From assembly GCA_039812705.1 (NCBI GenBank), contig JBDIBA010000005.1, forward strand, positions 1 through 62,232: a DNA stretch of 62,232 bases, given 5' to 3'. This document shows positions 26,406-34,954 of the stretch, in pieces. Position numbers and translations under genes: made by a program. This DNA comes from Acidimicrobiia bacterium (lineage in GTDB: Bacteria > Actinomycetota > Acidimicrobiia > Acidimicrobiales > JBBSGY01). The notes beneath the pieces were generated by a model. The model was not told the DNA's origin, did no database searches, and saw nothing but the letters and a program-made list of their open reading frames with translations. Numbering within the stretch: position 1 is the first letter of the stretch; the number at the start of each line of letters is the position of its first letter.

Positions 26406-27556
26406 ACACGAACCTGAATCAGCTGCCTCGCGTTTCGATTGATGTCAGCGCTGTCCCTTCAAAGCCCGCCGGCGCTGGGCTCTATGTCTGGGAAATGGTC
26501 GGCGCTTTTGCTCGCTTGCGGTCAGACAACTTCACTTTGATTGCACGCAAGGACGACGGCTTGCGTTGGCAGTCGTTGTCCGAACGGTTTTCTGTTCACA
26601 ACAAGGTTCCGGAGTCTCGCCCTTTGCGTCTTGTTTGGGAGCAGACGTCAATGGCTCGTCTGCTTGAGCAAAGCAAGGTTGATGTGCACCATGGTCCGCA
26701 TTACACGTTGCCGTCACGCACAAGTGCGGCGCAGGTCGTAACCGTTCATGACATGACGTTTTTTGATCACCCCGAATGGCACGAAAAAGCAAAGGTCTTG
26801 TTCTTCAGAAGGGCGATTGCCAGCAGCATCAAGCGTGCCAATCACGTGATTGCCGTCAGTAATGACACGGCCAACAAACTCAAACAGCGCTTCGGTGAAT
26901 TGCCAGTGACCGTCATTCCTCACGGAGTTGACCACACGCGTTTCAACCGCGGACAAGACCTTCCACTAGGTGTCGAAGAGAACGACGGCCGCCTGCTTGC
27001 AACCCACGGAATCTCCGGCGACTTCATTGCATTTGTCGGAACCATTGAACCGCGTAAGAACGTTCCTGGGCTGATTAAGGCGTTCGATCGCATTGCCGAG
27101 AAGTTTCCTGACTTGAAGCTGGTGTTGGCGGGTCGTCCCGGATGGGGTGTCGACGCCGTTGACGAGGCTCAGGGCTTCTCGCCAAACGCGCAGCGGATCA
27201 TCCGCCCCGGCTACCTCCCGGCCGACGCCATCCCTGCAATGTTGAGGCAAGCCAAGGTTGTTGCATACCCGTCGCTGGAAGAAGGTTTTGGCCTTCCCGC
27301 GCTTGAGGCGTTGGCATGTGGCGCAGTTTTGGTTACAACGTCGGGTTCGGCAATGGAAGAAGTGGTTGGCGACGCCGCGTTGCTTGTGCAACCGGGAAGT
27401 ATTGAGCAGCTTGCAGCATCATTGGAGATTGCCTTGATCGACGAAGCGTTGCGTCGCGCACTCAAGGCTCGTGGACCGCAGATTGCAAGTGAGTACACCT
27501 GGGATGCCTGCGCTCATGCGCACTTACAGGTTTACGCTGAAGCCGGGCGCCACTAG
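26402..27556 (+). CDS. glycosyltransferase family 4 (GT-B)
   Basis: VGTIEPRKN and EGFGLPALEALA. It overlaps the upstream gene (ATGA). Confidence 0.85.
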   Translation: MNTNLNQLPRVSIDVSAVPSKPAGAGLYVWEMVGAFARLRSDNFTLIARKDDGLRWQSLSERFSVHNKVPESRPLRLVWEQTSMARLLEQSKVDVHHGPHYTLPSRTSAAQVVTVHDMTFFDHPEWHEKAKVLFFRRAIASSIKRANHVIAVSNDTANKLKQRFGELPVTVIPHGVDHTRFNRGQDLPLGVEENDGRLLATHGISGDFIAFVGTIEPRKNVPGLIKAFDRIAEKFPDLKLVLAGRPGWGVDAVDEAQGFSPNAQRIIRPGYLPADAIPAMLRQAKVVAYPSLEEGFGLPALEALACGAVLVTTSGSAMEEVVGDAALLVQPGSIEQLAASLEIALIDEALRRALKARGPQIASEYTWDACAHAHLQVYAEAGRH

Positions 27557-27572
27557 GGAATCTTGTGGATTG

Positions 27573-28217
27573 CTAGTTAGCCGCTGCGTCGGGTGTGCTG
27601 AAAAGCCCCGGTGAAAGAAGGCCGGCGTTGATTGCGTCATCGATGTGACGAATGTTCATGCTCAAGTTGCCCGGATCGACAACAGCCTTGCTTTCGAGGT
27701 TGAGGTCTTGGGCCTTTTGCTGATTGGAGTCGAAGCAGGGAGTGCTCAACGAAAACGGGAAGCCAATTTCGGTTGGCAAGCAAATGGCGTTGGTGCCATT
27801 GCCGGTTGAGTCTGCAACGAACGTGACGCCCGTGCTCTTGATCAACCAGTCAAGGCTGATTGGTTGAGGCAGGTCTGCGTTGACCACGAGCACACGTTCA
27901 TAGCCAAGGTCTTTCAGCTCTGAAATGCCGTGTGAAATCACCGCGTCGACATCGTCAAAGTCCAGGCGTGTTGTGATGAAGCGCGCGCCGTTGATCAGCG
28001 CAAACCTCTGGACATCGAGCGCGCCCGGACTGGCAATCACGACACAGCGCAATCCGCGTGCAGACTGCAGAACATTTGACGCCAAACGTCTGGCCAGCTG
28101 CTCGCGTTGGTGTTGAGTGCAGGACTCACCCAGTTGAGGCTTGGCTTCGGCAAATGGCTTTAGCGGTACTAGAACCGCGGTCTTTGGACCCACACCCACG
28201 AACGAGATGCTACTCAA
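27573..28217 (-). CDS. CofC/FbiD-like guanylyltransferase (F420 pathway type)
   Basis: AVLVPLKPFAEAKPQL, VLVVNADLPQP and FVADSTGNGTNAICLP fit the CofC pattern (PxK..AK.RL / DLP / GxGTN). The start is TTG. Confidence 0.55.
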   Translation of the reverse strand: MSSISFVGVGPKTAVLVPLKPFAEAKPQLGESCTQHQREQLARRLASNVLQSARGLRCVVIASPGALDVQRFALINGARFITTRLDFDDVDAVISHGISELKDLGYERVLVVNADLPQPISLDWLIKSTGVTFVADSTGNGTNAICLPTEIGFPFSLSTPCFDSNQQKAQDLNLESKAVVDPGNLSMNIRHIDDAINAGLLSPGLFSTPDAAAN

Positions 28218-28360
28218 AACTCAAGGCCATTCACTCGCGAACCTGAGGGTTAAGGTGACCCCATGATTGACCAAACGACCGCTTGTCCTGTGGGTGACTC
28301 CCAAGCCGTCTTGCTTGCTAATTCCCCGGCTGGCTTCTGCGCCCGTGTGGTGATGGGGCA

Positions 28361-29275
28361 GTGAAGGCGTTCGTTACTGGTGCCAGTGGGTTCGTCGGCA
28401 CTTGGCTATGTGATCACTTGCGCGCATGCGGCGACGAAGTTGTTGTTCCTCAGGTTGGTTTCGACCTGACAGACCCAGATTCCGTTAGGCATGGCCTTGT
28501 CGAGGCACAGCCAGATGCCGTATTTCATTTGGGTGCGCGCAGCCATGTGGGGGAGTCCTGGCAAGACCCGGCTGGAACCTTCAAGGTAAATGCAACGGGC
28601 ACACTCCACGTTTTAGATGCCGCACTGGCATGTGATGCACCGCCGACTGTCCTGCTTGTCAGCTCGTCTGAGGTTTATGGGACTGTCAGTCAAGATGAAG
28701 TGCCGGTTTCTGAAGGGTCCGCCCTGCGCCCGGTGACGCCTTACGCGGCGAGCAAGGTGGCGGCCGAGTACTTAGGTGTTCAGGCTTACTTGGGAACCAA
28801 GTTGCCCGTTGTTATTTCGCGCTCGTTCAATCACGTTGGTCCGGGTCAGGCGCCCAACTTTGCGGTGTCGGCGTTTGCCAAGCGGATTGTCGATGCCAAG
28901 GCGCAGAACAAAAAGTCGCTGGCCGTTGGCAACCTGGACGCTCGCCGAGATTTCACTGATGTCCGCGATGTTGTGCGCGCATACCGCATGTTGGTTGAGC
29001 GCGGCACGCCCGGCGAGGTCTACAACGTGTGTTCCAACAAGGACGTGTCCATCGGCGAGATTGCCGACTCGTTGCTTCGACTGTCGGGGATCGACGCGCG
29101 CTTCGAGGTTGACCCCTCGCTACTGCGGCCTGTCGAACTGCCGTTGTTGACGGGTGATAATTCCAAGATTGTTGAGTCGATCGGTTGGCGTCCAGAGATC
29201 TCCCTTGACCAGACACTGCGCGACACGCTCGACTATTGGCACCAGCGCAGCTCGTTCGGCGGTGACGGTCGCTAA
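28361..29275 (+). CDS. NAD(P)-dependent sugar-nucleotide SDR, GDP-4-dehydro-6-deoxy-D-mannose reductase (Rmd)-like
   Basis: 304 aa. VTGASGFVGTWLCDHL, SSSEVYG, YAASKVAAEY and NLDARRDFTDVRDVVRAY..GEVYNVCS. It lacks the GQDGSYL motif of Gmd. Confidence 0.65.
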   Translation: MKAFVTGASGFVGTWLCDHLRACGDEVVVPQVGFDLTDPDSVRHGLVEAQPDAVFHLGARSHVGESWQDPAGTFKVNATGTLHVLDAALACDAPPTVLLVSSSEVYGTVSQDEVPVSEGSALRPVTPYAASKVAAEYLGVQAYLGTKLPVVISRSFNHVGPGQAPNFAVSAFAKRIVDAKAQNKKSLAVGNLDARRDFTDVRDVVRAYRMLVERGTPGEVYNVCSNKDVSIGEIADSLLRLSGIDARFEVDPSLLRPVELPLLTGDNSKIVESIGWRPEISLDQTLRDTLDYWHQRSSFGGDGR

Positions 29276-29302
29276 GGGTTCTAAGAACTAGTTTCTTTTC
29301 TT

Positions 29303-32300
29303 ATGTCGTCGACGGAGCCTCCTAGTTCAGCGGAGACCAGTCGACCCAACTCTCAGTCACCCAACGCGGTGGATCGTGCGCCCTCAGTCGCCGTACTGAG
29401 TGTCGTCTGTCACCCTGGACCGTGGTTCGACTCCTCTCTCAAGGCAATCGGCCAAAGCAGCTATCCCAACCTCACGGCATTTGTCCTCGAGGTTGGAAGT
29501 TCGAGCCGACGGTCGGGTAGCGATGCCCTCGGGGTCGGGAGGGGTGGCGCTGGGCAGTCGCCCGCTAAGCGCGCTGCGTCAGACACTGCAACACGGGTTC
29601 GCGAAGCCATGCCAAAGGCGTACTTCAGGACGTTGCGCAGACACCCGGGTTATGCGGAGGCTGTCAACGCGGCCGTCGACGTGTTGGGTTCGCCGGACTA
29701 CTTGATCTTTGCCGATGACGATGTTGCACCAGAGCCCTCGGCCATCGCGCAGCTTGTAAAACGCGCCGAAGAAACGTCGGCAAACATCGTCAGCCCGAAG
29801 TACGTGGACTGGAACGAGCCCACGATGGTTCGTTCAATCGGTGGTCGTTTCGATGCAACGGGCAAGTACGTACCGATTATCGACAATCCCGAACTTGACC
29901 AGGGTCAGCACGATTCCCGCAAGGCCGTAATGGCGGCCGAGGGCGGCTTTATTCTCATTCGTACAGAGTTCTTCAATGCCATGAAGCGCTTTGACAAAGA
30001 GATGACGGCATGTGGCGAAATGCTCGACTTCAGCTGGCGCGCGGCCGTTGCGGGTTCGCAGGTTGAAGTGGTTAGCACGGCGCGCGTTCGTTACCTTGGC
30101 GCGCACACAACGCCATCTCGCAACGTGAACGACGCCTTGTTTAGTGGCGAGTTCGAAGAAGAGCGAGTTGCCGACGAGGCTCACATTCACTGGCAACGCA
30201 ACCGTGCGCGCCGTGTGTTGAAAGTCCACACGGGGTTTCAATTCATTGTGGTGCTGGCGCTTCAACTCCTGCTGAATTGCGGCCACGCGCTTTGGGGTGC
30301 CGTAACGGGCAACCGTGCTGCGGTTTCTGCGGCACTTGCGACCGTTACTTGGAACGCTGCGCACTGGCGCAGTCTGATCAAGGCAAAGATTGACGTTGAA
30401 CGAAGTCGCAAGGTCAAAGGAAATGTCTTGCGACATTCCTATACAAGCGTGCGGCGACGCTGGTCCGAAGACTTCCAGTTTGCGTGGGAGCAACGAAGCG
30501 AGGGATTGAGCGACCGAAACCTTGGCCGCGATCTTTCGCGCGCGGGCCGCGTGCTGCGTCGACTGCCGGTGCTTGTTGGTCTTGGCATTTTCGTTCTTTG
30601 GTTAATCGGCAGTCGTCAATTGCTGTCTGGGCCCGTTACCGCCATTGGGCTTTTCATGCCTCTTGATGAACCCGTTAACTCATTGCGCCGGTTCTTCTTG
30701 GTGTGGCCAGCCAGTCCAATGGGCGAAGACGTTCCGGCAAGCCCGGCGCACTTGTTGCTGGGTGTAGTCGAGCTGCTTTGTTTTGGTGCGACCGTGTTTG
30801 CACAAAAGCTCCTCATACTGGGTGCGGTTCCGTTTGGCGTTTGGTCGATGTCGCGCCTTGCTCGTCCAATGCGCGCGTCTGGTGCTCGTTTCATCGCGGC
30901 TGCGGCATACGCCTTGACGCCCGTGCCGTATGAAGCAATCAGCGCGGGTCGGTTTGATGTTCTTGTTGCTTATGCACTTGCGCCAATGGTCATTCACAGA
31001 CTGCTGCGCCTCGACGGATCAGACCCATACCTGTATTCCGGAGGTGTGGTTCACGTTGGCCTGAGGCGCCGTCGTGAAGACCACATGATCAGTCCGCTGG
31101 AAGAAGGCGAAGTCGTCGAGGCCGCGACGCCAAAGCGCAGGGCGAGCGATCAGCGAGACGAACTGTCCTACGTGATTCTGCGTCGACTCTTGCCACTTGG
31201 TGCATTGATTGCCGTGGTTGGCGCATTCTCGCCACAGGTGCTCGCGGCGGTTGTTGTCGTGGTGTTGTGCTTGGCGGCATCACGCTTTCCCATTGGCTCG
31301 ATGGCCGCGCGGCGCTTGTTGGCAGTGAGCCTTGGTGCGATTGCTCTGGCGCTGTTGATGCTGTCGCCGGCAATCATGGGCAACGAAGGCGGATGGTCGC
31401 AGTTCTGGAAGGCCGCTAGCGATGCACAGCTTCCATCGTCCAGGGACGTAATTGGTTTGTCGCTTGGTCAGACCAGATTCGGCTGGCTGACCGCGGGCAT
31501 TTTTGTTGCCGGATTGGTGGCCCTGCTGATTGGAAAGTCGTGGCGTTTCCAACTGGCCGCGCGGCTGTGGTTCACAACCCTTGTCTTGATGGCCGTGACG
31601 TGGGCGGGCGCCAATGATTACCTCGGTGGGTTCCAGCCACAGATTGGTGTTTGGTTTGCTTTCATTGCCGTCTTTGCCGGTTTGAGCGCGGCCACGTCAA
31701 TTGCCTCGCTGGTCTATGACCGCATGAAACTGCCGCCTTGGTGGCGGGCGTTAGGCATTCGCATTTTTGTTACCACTTGCGTCGTCGCATCGCTGTTACC
31801 ACTTGCGTATCGCGCTTCGGACGGTCGTTGGGGATTGCCTGCTTCGAGCGTCGCGTCGACAACTTCTTGGATGCGCCCGGGTGCAAGTGCGCCTCTTTCA
31901 CAAACCTTCGGTGGTGACCCCAATGGTTCGTTCCGCGCAGTTTGGCTTGGCCCGGCCGATGTCATTCCGGGAAGTGCAAGAGACTTTGCCGGGTTGTCGG
32001 GTGCTGTGACTTACAACGGCCCAATTGGTCGCTCCGTTGCGCCTGCTCAAGAAGGCGGCGCAGGACAAGACGGAATTGCCAAGGCCCTTCAGGCAACTCT
32101 CGTCGGGGAGTCTGTTGACCTGGGTGCACGACTTAGGAGTTTTGGTGTTCGCTACATCGCAATTCCAACCGAGGTTGCGCAGTCAGTTGCCCATCCAGTG
32201 CTCAACAATCCCGATCGTCTAACCGAGCGCATCAATCAGCAGCTCGACATGCGCCAAGTCGCAAGTGATCCAAACGTGCGGGTCTGGGAGAACATTGAAT

Positions 32301-32611
32301 GGTCTCCGATTGTTCCTGTGGCGCTGAACGGCGATGACCATTCAAGATGGCGAGGTCGTCTGGAAGCCGGCACTTACGAGGTATTGATGGCGTCGTCGCC
32401 TGCCTGGCAATTGCGCGTGGATGGCACTCGCATTCCGCGCGGAGCAAACTTGTTCGCCAACACGTTTGAAGCGCGCAATGGCGGCGAGGCCAGTTTGGAC
32501 TTTGTGGCACCTCGTTGGTTTGCAATTGGTCAGGTGATCACCGCAACGCTTTGGATCCTTGTGATCGGCATCGCAATTGCGTATCTGCCAAGGCGAAAGC
32601 GGTTCGCATGA
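29303..32611 (+). CDS. GT2 glycosyltransferase fused to a large polytopic membrane domain plus an extracytoplasmic domain
   Basis: 1102 aa. The N-terminal GT-A region (VAVLSVVCHPGPWF..., DxD as FADDDVAP) is followed by at least 10 hydrophobic helices, a soluble region of about 250 aa and a terminal TM helix (FAIGQVITATLWILVIGIAIAYLP). Confidence 0.8.
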   Translation: MSSTEPPSSAETSRPNSQSPNAVDRAPSVAVLSVVCHPGPWFDSSLKAIGQSSYPNLTAFVLEVGSSSRRSGSDALGVGRGGAGQSPAKRAASDTATRVREAMPKAYFRTLRRHPGYAEAVNAAVDVLGSPDYLIFADDDVAPEPSAIAQLVKRAEETSANIVSPKYVDWNEPTMVRSIGGRFDATGKYVPIIDNPELDQGQHDSRKAVMAAEGGFILIRTEFFNAMKRFDKEMTACGEMLDFSWRAAVAGSQVEVVSTARVRYLGAHTTPSRNVNDALFSGEFEEERVADEAHIHWQRNRARRVLKVHTGFQFIVVLALQLLLNCGHALWGAVTGNRAAVSAALATVTWNAAHWRSLIKAKIDVERSRKVKGNVLRHSYTSVRRRWSEDFQFAWEQRSEGLSDRNLGRDLSRAGRVLRRLPVLVGLGIFVLWLIGSRQLLSGPVTAIGLFMPLDEPVNSLRRFFLVWPASPMGEDVPASPAHLLLGVVELLCFGATVFAQKLLILGAVPFGVWSMSRLARPMRASGARFIAAAAYALTPVPYEAISAGRFDVLVAYALAPMVIHRLLRLDGSDPYLYSGGVVHVGLRRRREDHMISPLEEGEVVEAATPKRRASDQRDELSYVILRRLLPLGALIAVVGAFSPQVLAAVVVVVLCLAASRFPIGSMAARRLLAVSLGAIALALLMLSPAIMGNEGGWSQFWKAASDAQLPSSRDVIGLSLGQTRFGWLTAGIFVAGLVALLIGKSWRFQLAARLWFTTLVLMAVTWAGANDYLGGFQPQIGVWFAFIAVFAGLSAATSIASLVYDRMKLPPWWRALGIRIFVTTCVVASLLPLAYRASDGRWGLPASSVASTTSWMRPGASAPLSQTFGGDPNGSFRAVWLGPADVIPGSARDFAGLSGAVTYNGPIGRSVAPAQEGGAGQDGIAKALQATLVGESVDLGARLRSFGVRYIAIPTEVAQSVAHPVLNNPDRLTERINQQLDMRQVASDPNVRVWENIEWSPIVPVALNGDDHSRWRGRLEAGTYEVLMASSPAWQLRVDGTRIPRGANLFANTFEARNGGEASLDFVAPRWFAIGQVITATLWILVIGIAIAYLPRRKRFA

Positions 32612-33690
32612 TTGATGTCCTTCACCAAGATCTTGGACCAAGCCGACGCACGCGTTTGATTGTCTTTGCAGCCGTTGGCACATTGCTGTTGTTGTTTGGC
32701 TTGCTTGGTACTTCACTTACGCGCGAGGGCAGTGATGCGCTGCCGGCAATTTCGCGTTCGGGCGAAAACCAGGCTTGGTTTTGCCCACTGACGGTTCCCT
32801 CTGGACGCGTAGCTATCCAAAGTACGGGTGCCAGTGGGTCGGCCGATTTCGTGGTGGCAACGTCAGATCGTTCGACCGAGGCAAGCATTGGGTTTGGCGC
32901 GGGCGAGCTAAAGACTTTTGGGCCGTCCGACTTGGTTGCCAAGGCTCCTGCGGGTTCTACGGTTCGCGTTCCGCGTGACGGCGTAGTTGTGTCGCACGCC
33001 TACAACGGAACCGTTGCGCCGGTGAATTGTCAGAACCGGGCCGAGTCGCGCCTCGTTTTCACAGAGAACACAACTTCTCAGGGTGCTTCGACAACACTTG
33101 CGTTGTTCAACCCGTTCTTTGATCCCGCGGTTGTTGATGTTTCGTTCAACACAGATGTGGGTTCTATTGCACCTAAGAACATGCAAGGAATCGTGGTCAG
33201 CCCGCGTTCGCTGAAGTTGATTGACACGGGTGCAGAAGTGACGCGGCGAAGCTGGATTACAACCATTGTGACAACGCGTTCGGGGCGTATTGCGGCCGAA
33301 ACCACGCAGAGCTCGGAACGCTTGGAGGTCGACCGGTTCATCGCCGGACCAGCGCCGTTGCCTCGCTCCAGTTGGTTCTCGCCGCCGTCAGACCCTTCCG
33401 CGCCGGGCAATGACGTGTTGAGCCTGGTCAACACGTCATCGGCAGAAGTCGGAGTCCAGGTTTCGGTTTCGGCAACTGGCCGTCAAGCCATTGAACCTTT
33501 TGAGATGCGAGTCCCTGCCGAGGGTCGAGTCATTTTGGATCTCCGTAACGAGGGACGCTTGCCCAAAGATGCACCGTTGGAGATACGTGTTGACGGACAA
33601 AACGGTGCACAAGTGATTGCGTCGCGCACTCTTCCCGGCCCTGTTTCCATGGTCGGAAACCAACGCTGGGCCTATCTGCAGGAGCGCTAA
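32608..33690 (+). CDS. N-terminally anchored extracytoplasmic partner protein (DUF5719-like)
   Basis: ATG 32608 overlaps the upstream stop (ATGA). It has a TM helix LIVFAAVGTLLLLFGLLG and then a beta-rich domain. The family call rests only on my memory of the GT2-DUF5719 pairing in actinomycetes. Confidence 0.6.
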   Translation: MIDVLHQDLGPSRRTRLIVFAAVGTLLLLFGLLGTSLTREGSDALPAISRSGENQAWFCPLTVPSGRVAIQSTGASGSADFVVATSDRSTEASIGFGAGELKTFGPSDLVAKAPAGSTVRVPRDGVVVSHAYNGTVAPVNCQNRAESRLVFTENTTSQGASTTLALFNPFFDPAVVDVSFNTDVGSIAPKNMQGIVVSPRSLKLIDTGAEVTRRSWITTIVTTRSGRIAAETTQSSERLEVDRFIAGPAPLPRSSWFSPPSDPSAPGNDVLSLVNTSSAEVGVQVSVSATGRQAIEPFEMRVPAEGRVILDLRNEGRLPKDAPLEIRVDGQNGAQVIASRTLPGPVSMVGNQRWAYLQER

Positions 33691-33750
33691 CAGTCAGTCA
33701 GGTTGCTGGTCAGTCAGGTTGCTGGTCAGTCAGGTCGCTAGTTGGTCAGC
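33691..33750. repeat. short tandem repeat (16-nt unit CAGTCAGGTTGCTGGT x2, plus a degenerate third copy)
   Basis: It fills exactly the gap between the convergent stop codons at 33688..33690 and 33746..33748. Confidence 0.8.
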
Positions 33751-34837
33751 CGGCCAGTGCGCCGTGGTCCAAGCCGGGCGAGATTTGAAGGCTGGGCGGA
33801 CCCGACAGACTGATGCGGCGAGCTTGTTCGCTGATAACTCTGCGAATTTGTCGCTCTGCACTTGAGACGTGACCGTTGATTTGTGCGTAGTTTCCAGTCA
33901 CAACGCGGAATAGCGCGCCAGTGCTGGCCATTTCGGCGCGCATCAGTTTGTGTGTTGCGGTGTCGTGAAGGTCGCGTTGCATCTGCTTTTTGGTGAGCGG
34001 AAGGCCGTTGTATTCACGGTCAATGGTCTCTGCCATCCTCACGCAAATGATTGCGCCACCACCTTTCGAGACGAACTCCATTGCCGGCTCGTCGCTGAAT
34101 CCGTCACCCATAAAGATGGCGCGATTCACGCCGAGGCCGTAGTTGTCGAGAATTGCCTTTACGCGTGAAGGCTTTGTGTCTGACCCAACGTGTTCACCGT
34201 CGGCGCACGCAAGCACGGCTCCGTCGGCCTGCTCACGATCCTTGTAGCTCTGACCCTCAAGAAGATCTACGGCGCCGGTCGTCATGAGTGCGGTCCTGCG
34301 AATAATTGGTTCTGGAGTGTTTGTGACAACGGCGATGGCCAGCTCCAGGCCAAGGCGTTCACGCGTGTAGCGCTTGAGACCGTGAAGACTTGTTACAACG
34401 CCGTGATAGAGAGACGCGCGTTCTGATCCAAATCGCTCCATGTCGGCAACTGAAAACTCAAGCGGACGCTTGGCGAAGCCTGCAGGTGTTCGCTGCAGGG
34501 TATCGACTGGCCGCCTCGACCACATCAACTCGTACATGTAGCGAAGCTCGGCGCCGCGTCGCTGGGAGTCCGTGCAAAGGCCAACGCTGCGAATGCTCGA
34601 GTCGCATTCGACGCCTTGTTCGCCATGGGCCATGTCTTTGAGCGTCGAGCGGTCGATGTTTGCTTTCCACTTCAGAAAGTCGCGCAAAGTGCTCGGGGGA
34701 GCGAGGGTGTTGCTCAGGTCGCAGAAAAGAACGAGGTCTGGAGTCCTTGTGATTGCGTCGGGCGGGCGCAAACGAACGCAAGGCGATATGCCCTTGCGGG
34801 TAGGTCTAGACGTGGGGGCGTCGGAAGTTGTTGTCAC
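33746..34837 (-). CDS. HAD-superfamily-like protein with an atypical motif I
   Basis: 363 aa. Motif I reads LVLFCDLSNTL (DxS instead of DxD). Motif IV reads FMGDGFSDEPA. There is a large insertion between them. Confidence 0.5.
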   Translation of the reverse strand: MTTTSDAPTSRPTRKGISPCVRLRPPDAITRTPDLVLFCDLSNTLAPPSTLRDFLKWKANIDRSTLKDMAHGEQGVECDSSIRSVGLCTDSQRRGAELRYMYELMWSRRPVDTLQRTPAGFAKRPLEFSVADMERFGSERASLYHGVVTSLHGLKRYTRERLGLELAIAVVTNTPEPIIRRTALMTTGAVDLLEGQSYKDREQADGAVLACADGEHVGSDTKPSRVKAILDNYGLGVNRAIFMGDGFSDEPAMEFVSKGGGAIICVRMAETIDREYNGLPLTKKQMQRDLHDTATHKLMRAEMASTGALFRVVTGNYAQINGHVSSAERQIRRVISEQARRISLSGPPSLQISPGLDHGALAG

Positions 34838-34954
34838 AGACGTGCGATCCTAAGGCCCTTGGCGCGCTATTGACATACGCCAAGGCGAACTCTTTATGTC
34901 GCAACCTGACGACTGGGCAGACTTTGTCCGAATTTGCCGTAACGGCGGAATTGT

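Noticed and set aside
33691-33750. A CRISPR array.
   Set aside because: There are only 2-3 directly abutting 16-nt units with no spacers. No cas genes are in the window.
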